Part shown: positions 20,453-27,406 of the stretch, piece after piece
Layout: each line of letters starts with the position of its first letter
Numbering within the stretch: the stretch's first letter is position 1
Assembly: GCF_024170405.1 (NCBI RefSeq)
Contig: NZ_JALJYC010000012.1
Span: 34,015-66,014, forward strand
Direction of reading: 5' to 3'
DNA from: Neisseria perflava
GTDB lineage: Bacteria; Pseudomonadota; Gammaproteobacteria; Burkholderiales; Neisseriaceae
Length of the DNA: 32,000 nucleotides
Program-made: the position numbers and the translations under genes
The notes under the pieces: model-generated
Told to the model about the DNA's origin: nothing
What the model saw: the letters and a program-made list of their open reading frames with translations, nothing else
Database searches by the model: none

Positions 20453-21508
20453 TCAATCCGGCAGTTTCACCGCCAATTCAGACGGCCATTCGGTCTTACT
20501 GCCTGTTTTGACATAGCCGTTGCCGGTCAGCCCGCCTTTGAGCAGGCGGTTGTATTTTTGTGCAGTTTCAGACGGCACTTGCAATTTGATTTTAAACATC
20601 AGCTTGGCGCGTTCGCTCGCGGTTTCCACCGATTTGGGCGTAAATTGCGCGTCGGTGGAGATAAATTTGATGTTGGCGGGGAACACGGCATCAATGCCGT
20701 CCAGCTTAATCCGCGCCTCGTCGCCGACTTTCAGACGGCTCATGCTGTCGGTCGGCAGAAAAATATTCATATACACATTGCTCGGGTCGAGCAGGCTCAC
20801 CACTTTGCTGCCCGAACCGATAACATTGCCCTCTTCGGCGATTTTGTAGTCGATACGCCCGTCAATCGGCGCACGAATCTGCATATCGTCATGCGTAGAG
20901 GCCGCACTTTTCACTCTGGCTTTGGCCTCTTCCACCCCGGCTTTCGCTTCGGCAATCTGCGCACGGCTTTGCGCCACCACCGCCTGCGCCTCATCCCGCG
21001 CTGCTTCTGCGGCTTTCACTGCTGCGGCGGCGCGTTCGTAATCCGCTTGGCGTTTGGTGACTTCCGATTGCGACACCAGTTGGTCGGCCAACAAACGGCG
21101 GGCGTTATCCAATTCCAATTTTGCCACGCGCTGCTGCTGGCGGCTGGATTCGACGTTGGCTTGCGCACGCGCCACCGCATCACGCGTCTGCGCCTGCGCA
21201 GATTGGGCGCGACCAACCGCCTCCTCTTGGCGCTGCGCTGCCGCCTGCGCTGCTGCCAGTTGGCTGACGGCGGTGTCAGAAGAGAGTTCCGCCAACACAT
21301 CGCCTGCTTTCACCTCCGAGCCCTCGTCCACCAAGATTTTTTCCACCCGCCCCGCATACAGGCTGGCCACATCAATCCGGTTCAGCTCCAAGCGCCCGTT
21401 GGATTGGGCGATGCCCTCGGGCAAAGCGCCTTGCTGTTGCTGCCAGTAATACCAACCGCCGCCGACAACCAGCGCGGCGACAACGGCAATCGTGATGATT
21501 TTTTTCAT
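20453..21508 (-). CDS. yhiI: HlyD-family periplasmic adaptor (membrane fusion protein), YhiI-like
   Basis: 351 aa with an N-terminal TM anchor (MKKIITIAVVAALVVGGGWYYW), a lipoyl/barrel-sandwich motif (G.V..ILV.EGS.VKAGDVLAEL), a long Ala/Gln/Arg-rich coiled-coil hairpin and a beta-barrel C-terminus. It lies directly upstream of the rbbA-like gene, as in E. coli yhiI-rbbA-yhhJ. Confidence 0.88.
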   Translation of the reverse strand: MKKIITIAVVAALVVGGGWYYWQQQQGALPEGIAQSNGRLELNRIDVASLYAGRVEKILVDEGSEVKAGDVLAELSSDTAVSQLAAAQAAAQRQEEAVGRAQSAQAQTRDAVARAQANVESSRQQQRVAKLELDNARRLLADQLVSQSEVTKRQADYERAAAAVKAAEAARDEAQAVVAQSRAQIAEAKAGVEEAKARVKSAASTHDDMQIRAPIDGRIDYKIAEEGNVIGSGSKVVSLLDPSNVYMNIFLPTDSMSRLKVGDEARIKLDGIDAVFPANIKFISTDAQFTPKSVETASERAKLMFKIKLQVPSETAQKYNRLLKGGLTGNGYVKTGSKTEWPSELAVKLPD

Positions 21509-21570
21509 GATTTCTTTCCTGTTTGAGGGTTCAGGTGGATTAATATAAAAGAAACAAAACGCTATTGCTG

Positions 21571-22206
21571 CTACCTATCGTCCGGTATGTAACCGGGAAA
21601 CAGTGCGTTCAAGCTCCAGTCGATACGTTGCAAAATGGCTTCGTCGGTCAACACATTCTCCACCTCGCAGTTTAATGAATCCGGTAGTAAATCCATCTGC
21701 CGGAAGCTCGTGCCGACAATCATCGGGCCGATAACCGCTGCATTGAAATAGCCCAAACGCTGCGCACTTGTTGCCGGGCGGCTGTTATCGCATTGGCCGC
21801 ATGCCTCCAGTAGCTCAAGGAACACCTCCGTGCGCGCGGTAATAGATTGCTTGACCGAACGGTTAATCACATCCACACCGTCGGCACTGTCAGTCAACAA
21901 CCGGTGAGCCATTTTCAAATGATTACGGGTATTCAATGCAAACAGGCGGGTTACCTCGCGCAAGCGCTCAAACGGATTCGTCTGCGGCAGATTCTCCACC
22001 ACCCAGCTGCCCCATACTTCGTAATCACAGCGTGCCAGCATTTCCTGCATAAATTCGTCTTTGCTGGCAAACAAATGGTGGAACATGCCCGGGCTCAACC
22101 CCGCCTCCGCCGCCAATGCGCGTACCGACAATTTGCGGTAGCCCAAATCGGGATACAGCACCAAGCCCGCCTGTATAAATTTATCGTGTGCTCTGCTGCC
22201 TGTCAT
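21571..22206 (-). CDS. TetR/AcrR family transcriptional regulator
   Basis: Canonical N-terminal HTH (YRKLSVRALAAEAGLSPGMFHHLFASKDEF). 211 aa, 62 bp upstream of the adaptor gene and co-oriented with it. Confidence 0.85.
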   Translation of the reverse strand: MTGSRAHDKFIQAGLVLYPDLGYRKLSVRALAAEAGLSPGMFHHLFASKDEFMQEMLARCDYEVWGSWVVENLPQTNPFERLREVTRLFALNTRNHLKMAHRLLTDSADGVDVINRSVKQSITARTEVFLELLEACGQCDNSRPATSAQRLGYFNAAVIGPMIVGTSFRQMDLLPDSLNCEVENVLTDEAILQRIDWSLNALFPGYIPDDR

Positions 22207-22298
22207 CTTGATTTTTCTTCTCTTGTAACCCTAATCGTATTCCGTCCGAAAACCCAAGCCGCAGATATTTTCAGACGGCCTTTATCCACCACCTAAAT

Positions 22299-22919
22299 TT
22301 ATTCCGGAAATAAAGCGTTCAATACCCAATCAATCCGCTGTTGGATAAATGCATCGGTCAATAAATCGGGAACCCGGCAGCAAATGTCGTCCGACAAAAT
22401 ATCAAATTTCTGAAAGCGCACGTTTAACACCATCGGCGTCAATACCGCACCCTGCAAAAAATCATATTGGTTGAGCAATTCCAAATCGGAAACATCTCTG
22501 TCTCCATCCGCATGACAGGCCCTTATCGCCGCCATTACACCCAATGCCATGATTTCATTTTGCATTTTAAGCGCACGGCGGATAATTACCACACCGTCGG
22601 CGCTATCCAGCAACAAGCGGTTGACCCACGGCAGATTACTGCGGATAACCACCGCCAAACGCCAAAGAAGCTGGCGCAAACGCTCTCGGGAAGAAAGGCC
22701 GGGAGAAAAATCAAACGATACCCGCCCCAATACCCGGTCGCGGTATTCGCGCAGCATGGCTTTCACAAACTTGTCTTTATCCGCAAACAGCTGCCGAAAC
22801 CGCTCAACGTCGGCATTCAGATGGGCGGCTACGGCCTCTTCCGACAGTTTCTGATAGCCGCAACGCGGGTAAAGATGAATACCGGCGGAAACAAACTGCG
22901 CTTCGGTTGCATTAATCAT
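22299..22919 (-). CDS. TetR-like paralogue of the adjacent regulator, with a diverged HTH
   Basis: Aligns along its length with the downstream TetR (AQFVSAGIHLYPRCGYQKLS.. versus DKFIQAGLVLYPDLGYRKLS..; C-termini LTDAFIQQRIDWVLNALFPE versus LTDEAILQRIDWSLNALFPG). The start is placed at the ATG at 22919, which has the SD AGGAA. An alternative ATG at 22967 has no SD. Confidence 0.72.
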   Translation of the reverse strand: MINATEAQFVSAGIHLYPRCGYQKLSEEAVAAHLNADVERFRQLFADKDKFVKAMLREYRDRVLGRVSFDFSPGLSSRERLRQLLWRLAVVIRSNLPWVNRLLLDSADGVVIIRRALKMQNEIMALGVMAAIRACHADGDRDVSDLELLNQYDFLQGAVLTPMVLNVRFQKFDILSDDICCRVPDLLTDAFIQQRIDWVLNALFPE

Positions 22920-22937
22920 CACGTTTCCTAACGGGAT

Positions 22938-22961
22938 TATATTGGACGAGTGTCCAATATA
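22938..22961. promoter_or_regulatory. Perfect palindrome, candidate TetR operator overlapping a -10 box
   Basis: TATATTGGAC-GAGT-GTCCAATATA (10 + 4 + 10). On the minus strand a TATAAT (22941-22936) overlaps the promoter-proximal arm, 16 nt before the ATG at 22919. Confidence 0.45.
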
Positions 22962-23033
22962 CGCCATATCGACACGATAAACAAGCTCTATTTCGAGTAA
23001 AGAAGACGATATTTCAAACAGATAAAATAAAAA

Positions 23034-23096
23034 AAGGCCGTCTGAAAAATATACTGAAGAATAAAATTTCCTTCAGTATATTTTTCAGACGGCCTT
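23034..23096 (-). terminator. Long DUS hairpin terminator downstream of nlpD
   Basis: A 26-bp perfect stem, AAGGCCGTCTGAAAAATATACTGAAG (23034-23059) with CTTCAGTATATTTTTCAGACGGCCTT (23071-23096). Confidence 0.8.
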
Positions 23097-23121
23097 CGGC
23101 GTTGCTTACGAATCGGTCGGT

Positions 23122-24045
23122 TTAAAATGCGACGTAAGTAGAAGGATTGACCGGCTTACCGTTTTGGCGCACTTCAAAATGCAGTTGGATACGGTTGGCG
23201 TCGCTGTTACCCATTTTGGCAATGGTCTGACCGCGTTTCACCATTTGGCCTTCGTTAACCAGCAGGCTTTGGTTATGACCGTAAGCGGTCAAGAAAGTAG
23301 AATTGTGCTGGATGATAATCAGGTTGCCATAGCCGCGCAAACCCGAACCGGCATACACCACTTTACCGTCGGCCGCCGCCACAACAGGCTGACCTGCCGT
23401 ACCGGCAATGTCCACACCTTTGCTGCTGCCGCCGAAGTTGGTCACCACCGTACCGTTAGTCGGGCGCTGCCATGTAATGCCGCTGACAGTACGCGTACCG
23501 CCGGTGGAAACAATCGGAGTAGCCGCTTGGCTGGCAACCGGCGCAGAACGGGTCGGCGCAGGTGCGGACGCAGCAGCCGTTGCTCCGGCAGGCGCAACAT
23601 AACCGGCCGGTTTCACGCGCAGGGTCTGGCCGACGCTAATGGTATTGTCGGCCAAGCCGTTCCAAGCGCGCAAGTCGTCTTGGTTGATGCCGTAGCGTTT
23701 GGAAATATTGTACACGGTATCGCCGCGCACCACGGTATGTGTGGCCGCATTAACGTCAACCGGCGCATAAGAAGGCGTATAAGTACCGCCGCCGCTGTAA
23801 GCAGGCGCAGCAGGGGCGCTGTAAGACGGGGTAGTCGTAGCAGGCGGGGTATAAGGCGCGTCATTGAAAACCGCATTTGATCCGTAAGGGTTCGCACCGT
23901 AAGGATTGGCAGAAGCTGTACCGCTTGAAGTAGAACCTGTACTTGCCGTACCGGCGACAACAGGAGCGGGCTGTTGGCTGGCACATGCGCCCAGCATTAA
24001 AGCCAATGCGGCCGAGCCGACGTAAAACGCGGTTTTTTTCAACAT
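23122..24045 (-). CDS. nlpD: LysM-domain lipoprotein with a degenerate M23/LytM domain (NlpD, predicted amidase activator)
   Basis: Lipobox MLKKTAFYVGSAALALMLGAC, a Pro/Ala/Thr-rich linker, LysM (HTVVRGDTVYNISKRYGINQDDLRAWNGL) and a C-terminal M23 fold (GYGNLIIIQHNSTFLTAYGHN; QLHFEVRQNGKPVNP). Upstream in-frame ATGs at 24060 and 24087 are possible starts. Confidence 0.88.
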   Translation of the reverse strand: MLKKTAFYVGSAALALMLGACASQQPAPVVAGTASTGSTSSGTASANPYGANPYGSNAVFNDAPYTPPATTTPSYSAPAAPAYSGGGTYTPSYAPVDVNAATHTVVRGDTVYNISKRYGINQDDLRAWNGLADNTISVGQTLRVKPAGYVAPAGATAAASAPAPTRSAPVASQAATPIVSTGGTRTVSGITWQRPTNGTVVTNFGGSSKGVDIAGTAGQPVVAAADGKVVYAGSGLRGYGNLIIIQHNSTFLTAYGHNQSLLVNEGQMVKRGQTIAKMGNSDANRIQLHFEVRQNGKPVNPSTYVAF

Positions 24046-24239
24046 ATGGATAACCTTCATGTGGGATGTTTGATTCTGTTGGGGCATATCATAATCAAAA
24101 TACGCCCGTCCCTCAAGTCTTGGCGGCGTTAGGGTCTGTTAATATCGCATTATTCGGCAATCTTTTTGAGCAAAATCCGGTTTTGGCGCATTTTAAACGC
24201 GCCGGATATGCCGCCTGATACCCAAGGCCGTCTGAATTT

Positions 24240-24989
24240 TTATAAAACGCCCTGCCAAAATCCGGCGACATCGGCGATTTCATTGAAGGCGGTCAAATCA
24301 ATCTGCAAGGGCGTGATGGTGATAAATCCCGCTTCGCATTCGCCGAAATCCGTGCCCTGCTCGCGGTCGGAAATGTCGCCGACCGGCCCGATCCAATAAA
24401 TCGCCTCGCCGCGCGGATTGTGCGACGGCACAATACTTTGCGAATGGTGGCGGCGGCCGAGGCGGGTAATTTTAATGCCCTGTATGTCTTCGGGATCGAC
24501 GGCGGGAATATTGATGTTCCACAACACCGGCAGCTTGGGCGGATTTTTCAATAAATGCGCCAGCAGCAGCCAGGCCGCTTTTTCGGCAGTCGCCCAATAA
24601 CGCCCGCTGTAATCGTTCATGGAAACGGCAATGGCGGGAATGCCCATCAGGTAGGCTTCGGTTGCGGCGGCAACCGTACCCGAATATAAGGTATCATCGC
24701 CCATGTTTGCCCCGTTGTTAATGCCCGAAAGCACCAAATCAGGCTTGAAATCGGGCAGCGCGTGCAAACCGAGATGGATACAGTCGGTCGGTGTGCCGCT
24801 GACATAGTAAAACCCGTTATCCGCCTGCTTAATCCGCAACGGGCGGTCAAGTGTCAGCGAATTGCTCACGCCGCTGCGGTCGCGCTCGGGCGCCACCACG
24901 CGCACATTGGCAAATTCGCCCGCCACCCGCGCCAAAATCGCGATACCGGGTGCCAGATAGCCGTCGTCGTTGCTGATGAGAATATTCAT
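24240..24989 (-). CDS. surE: 5'/3'-nucleotidase SurE
   Basis: [17 protein letters not shown]-terminus, [21 protein letters not shown], 249 aa. It lies upstream of nlpD, as in the enterobacterial surE-(pcm)-nlpD arrangement. Confidence 0.93.
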   Translation of the reverse strand: MNILISNDDGYLAPGIAILARVAGEFANVRVVAPERDRSGVSNSLTLDRPLRIKQADNGFYYVSGTPTDCIHLGLHALPDFKPDLVLSGINNGANMGDDTLYSGTVAAATEAYLMGIPAIAVSMNDYSGRYWATAEKAAWLLLAHLLKNPPKLPVLWNINIPAVDPEDIQGIKITRLGRRHHSQSIVPSHNPRGEAIYWIGPVGDISDREQGTDFGECEAGFITITPLQIDLTAFNEIADVAGFWQGVL

Positions 24990-25096
24990 GCCGTGTATTC
25001 CTCTTGTGGGTTATGGTTTATGCATTTTAATCTTTGCCCTGCCGGGCTGTCTATTTTCAGACGGTCTTGCGCTGTAAAAGGCCGTCTGAAACGCGT

Positions 25097-25102
25097 TATA
25101 AT
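25097..25102 (+). promoter_or_regulatory. Candidate -10 box for the ubiH-family gene
   Basis: TATAAT lies 27 nt upstream of the ATG at 25129. No convincing -35 was seen. Confidence 0.25.
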
Positions 25103-25128
25103 CCGTTTTATTTTTGAACGGTTTTCCC

Positions 25129-26283
25129 ATGACTCGCGAACACGAAATTCTGATTGTCGGCGGCGGTTTGGTCGGCGCGGCGGCGGCCGTGGCTTTGAAA
25201 CGGCAGGGGCGCGATGTTGCCTTGCTGGAAATCCGCCCCGCCGAAACCGATTCCGACAAATTGCTCAACGGTTGGGACGCGCGCATTTTCGCCATCAGCC
25301 CCGCCAACCAAGCCTTGCTGCAATCGCTTGACGCTTGGCCGTCTGAAAGCCGCATTCAGGCCGTCACAAAAATGGACGTGCGCGGCGACAACGGCGGGCG
25401 GATTGTGTTTGACGCGGCCGACCTCCCTGCCCCGCGCCTGACTTCCATCGCGGAAAACCGCTGGCTGCTGGCCGCTTTATGGCAACAGATTCGTGCGCTG
25501 GACATTCCCGTTATCCATACGCCTGCCAAGGCATTGGAAACAGATATTCAGACGGCCTCGCTGCGCTTGAGCGACGACAGCCGAATCCGCGCCCGTTTGG
25601 TTATTGGGGCGGACGGGGCCAATTCTTGGGTGCGCCAACAAGCCGGTATTCCCGTGCGCGAAACCCCTTACGGGCAACACGGTGTCGTAGCCAATTTTCA
25701 TACCGAACTCGACCATCAGGGAACGGCGTCCCAATGGTTTAAGCAGGGCGATGTGTTGGCCTATCTGCCGCTGCCCGAGCGCAAAATTTCGATGGTGTGG
25801 AGTACAAGCGAACCGGAAAAGCTGACCACCCTTACCCCCGACGATTTGGCCGCTGCCGTGACCGCGCAGGGCGACGGCGTATTGGGCAAACTCTCGCCTT
25901 TGTCCCCCACGTTTTCTTTCAATCTGATTTTGCGCCGCCCGGAAAAAACCTACGCCCCGCGCATATTATTGATGGGCGATGCGGCGCACACCATCCACCC
26001 GCTGGCCGGGCAAGGTGTGAATTTGGGTTTCGGCGATGCCGCCGCGTTTGCGCAAATAAGCCGCAACGCGCCCGACATCGGCGCATTTCCCCTGCTCAAA
26101 CGCTTCGCGCAAAGCCGCTTAGAGCCGGTGCGTACCATGCAATACGGCTGCGACGGCCTGTTCCGCCTGTTTGCCGACAACACCCTACCCGCCCTGCCCT
26201 GGCTGCGCAATACTGGCTTGAGCTTGGTGGACAGCGTACCCTTCGTCAAAAACCGCCTGATTAAACACGCAATGGGCTTATGA
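25129..26283 (+). CDS. FAD-dependent ubiquinone-biosynthesis hydroxylase, UbiH/UbiF/VisC/UbiM family
   Basis: N-terminal Rossmann motif ILIVGGGLVGAAAAVAL, DG.NS.VR and GDAAHTIHPLAGQGVNLGFGDA. Which ring position(s) it hydroxylates cannot be told from sequence alone. Confidence 0.85.
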   Translation: MTREHEILIVGGGLVGAAAAVALKRQGRDVALLEIRPAETDSDKLLNGWDARIFAISPANQALLQSLDAWPSESRIQAVTKMDVRGDNGGRIVFDAADLPAPRLTSIAENRWLLAALWQQIRALDIPVIHTPAKALETDIQTASLRLSDDSRIRARLVIGADGANSWVRQQAGIPVRETPYGQHGVVANFHTELDHQGTASQWFKQGDVLAYLPLPERKISMVWSTSEPEKLTTLTPDDLAAAVTAQGDGVLGKLSPLSPTFSFNLILRRPEKTYAPRILLMGDAAHTIHPLAGQGVNLGFGDAAAFAQISRNAPDIGAFPLLKRFAQSRLEPVRTMQYGCDGLFRLFADNTLPALPWLRNTGLSLVDSVPFVKNRLIKHAMGL

Positions 26284-26284
26284 T

Positions 26285-26326
26285 TTTTCAGACGGCCTTT
26301 GCGTCAAGTCAAAGGCCGTCTGAAAA
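26285..26326 (+). terminator. DUS hairpin terminator downstream of the ubiH-family gene
   Basis: TTTTCAGACGGCCTTTG (26285-26301) is complementary to CAAAGGCCGTCTGAAAA (26310-26326). Confidence 0.75.
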
Positions 26327-26391
26327 CCCTGCTTTCCCGTTTTCGGCGGGTCTATAATATCTTGTTACCATTTTCAAACAGGATTTTACCC

Positions 26392-26730
26392 ATGAAACAA
26401 TACACCTTAGACCCCAAAGCCTTGCTTGGCGGCGTGATTGCCAGCGACAACGACCAAGAAATCGTGCAATTTTCCCTGCAAAAAAACAATGAAGTGCCGA
26501 CTTATGAAACCGACGCCATTGTCTTGCTGATTGTCTTAAATGGTAGCACCGAGGTGACGACTGCGGCTGAAACCATCAAAACCGAAGGCTTGCAGATTGT
26601 CCGTTTAGAATCCAAAGAAGCGCACAGTATCCGCGCATTGGAAGACGCTACCAATATTTTGGTCATTAAGCAGTTGACGCATGAATTGGTGTTCAGCAAA
26701 AAACTGCGCTTCGGCAGCTGCTGCCTGTAA
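26392..26730 (+). CDS. Small hypothetical protein, cupin-like beta-barrel (112 aa)
   Basis: The ATG at 26392 lies after the upstream terminator, with a TATAAT at 26353-26358. The alternating beta-strand pattern (VQFSL..VPTYETDAIVLLIVLNGSTEVT..LQIVRLESKEAHSIRALEDATNILVIK) suggests a single cupin barrel. No metal-binding His motif was recognised. Confidence 0.5.
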   Translation: MKQYTLDPKALLGGVIASDNDQEIVQFSLQKNNEVPTYETDAIVLLIVLNGSTEVTTAAETIKTEGLQIVRLESKEAHSIRALEDATNILVIKQLTHELVFSKKLRFGSCCL

Positions 26731-26876
26731 TGGCAGAACCAATCGAGTAAGTATTGGATGACCAACAACAAAACCATGCAAACGGTATAAGTGGAATTTC
26801 AACTCAAATTGACCTAATTTTGTTAAAAATCCATCTTAGCCTACGCGGTTTATTGCTACATATAATGCAATTATTT

Positions 26877-27303
26877 AAAAACCAAACCATCGATGCGGTG
26901 TAGGTTGGGTTGTAAACCCAACATTTACCTAACGTGAGTTCGGGATAAGAATTCAAATATATTTATTATTTTCAGAATAGTATGTAGTTCAGCAGACAGA
27001 AAATCGCTAGATTTTCGTCATTAGCTGCGCAAGTCCGCTACGCTACCCCCGCGCAGGCGGGAATCCAGAAGCCCAATATTTCTGTAATGTTTTCAAGGTA
27101 TCAGAACTCCAAATGTCTGGATTCCCGCCTGCGCGGGGGTAGCGTAGCGGACTTGCGCAGCTAATGACGAATCCTTACGGATTCTGTCTGCCTAATCAAA
27201 ATACATTTTTAAAATTTAAAAAGATATTCTATCTGCTTATCCCGAACTCACGTTACCTAAACTTCCGTTGGGATTTCATCCCAACCTACACAGTTTGGTT
27301 TTT
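26877..27303. repeat. ~427-bp concentric imperfect palindrome (composite intergenic repeat element, NIME/MITE-like)
   Basis: Nested complementary arms share a centre near 27090-27095: 26877-26887/27293-27303 (11 bp), modules 26899-26949/27236-27290, 26992-27001/27182-27191, and a perfect 55-bp pair at 27015-27069/27116-27170. Confidence 0.85.
27015..27170. repeat. Perfect 55-bp inverted repeat with a 46-nt loop and a dRS3-like core
   Basis: The left arm TCGTCATTAGCTGCGCAAGTCCGCTACGCTACCCCCGCGCAGGCGGGAATCCAGA is exactly the reverse complement of 27116-27170. The core CCCGCGCAGGCGGGAATCCAGA / ATTCCCGCCTGCGCGGG matches the Neisseria dRS3 type repeat (ATTCCC-N8-GGGAAT). Confidence 0.9.
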
Positions 27304-27354
27304 GAGTAATTTCACTATATCTTTTTGGTTTTCAATGCTGTTGACCAACAAATA

Positions 27355-27386
27355 AAAATGCCGTCTGAAAATTCAGACGGCATTTT
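27355..27386 (-). terminator. DUS hairpin terminator downstream of pnp (AT-DUS form)
   Basis: AAAATGCCGTCTGAA (27355-27369) is complementary to TTCAGACGGCATTTT (27372-27386). Confidence 0.8.
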
Positions 27387-27406
27387 CTCTATCCGACAAT
27401 CAAGTC

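Noticed and set aside
14660-21508. The idea that the adaptor/RbbA/YhhJ/OMF genes form the type I secretion system for the RTX protein at 30916-32000.
   Set aside because: The ABC component is the RbbA type (tandem NBDs plus an ABC-2 permease), not a HlyB-type exporter. The two loci are about 10 kb apart and separated by unrelated housekeeping genes. Their base compositions also differ.
24033-24039. A7/T7 homopolymer at codons 3-5 of nlpD (and a similar one at the adaptor gene start near 21500), considered as a phase-variation tract.
   Set aside because: Seven A/T residues encoding Lys-Lys in a signal peptide are common and are shorter than tracts usually associated with Neisseria phase variation. 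No other simple-sequence repeats were seen in the window.
27164-27355. 63-aa ORF inside the AT-rich palindromic region.
   Set aside because: It starts inside one arm of the 55-bp inverted repeat and reads through repeat modules. The translation is Phe/Asn/Leu-rich from AT-rich DNA. No SD was seen and no independent support exists.
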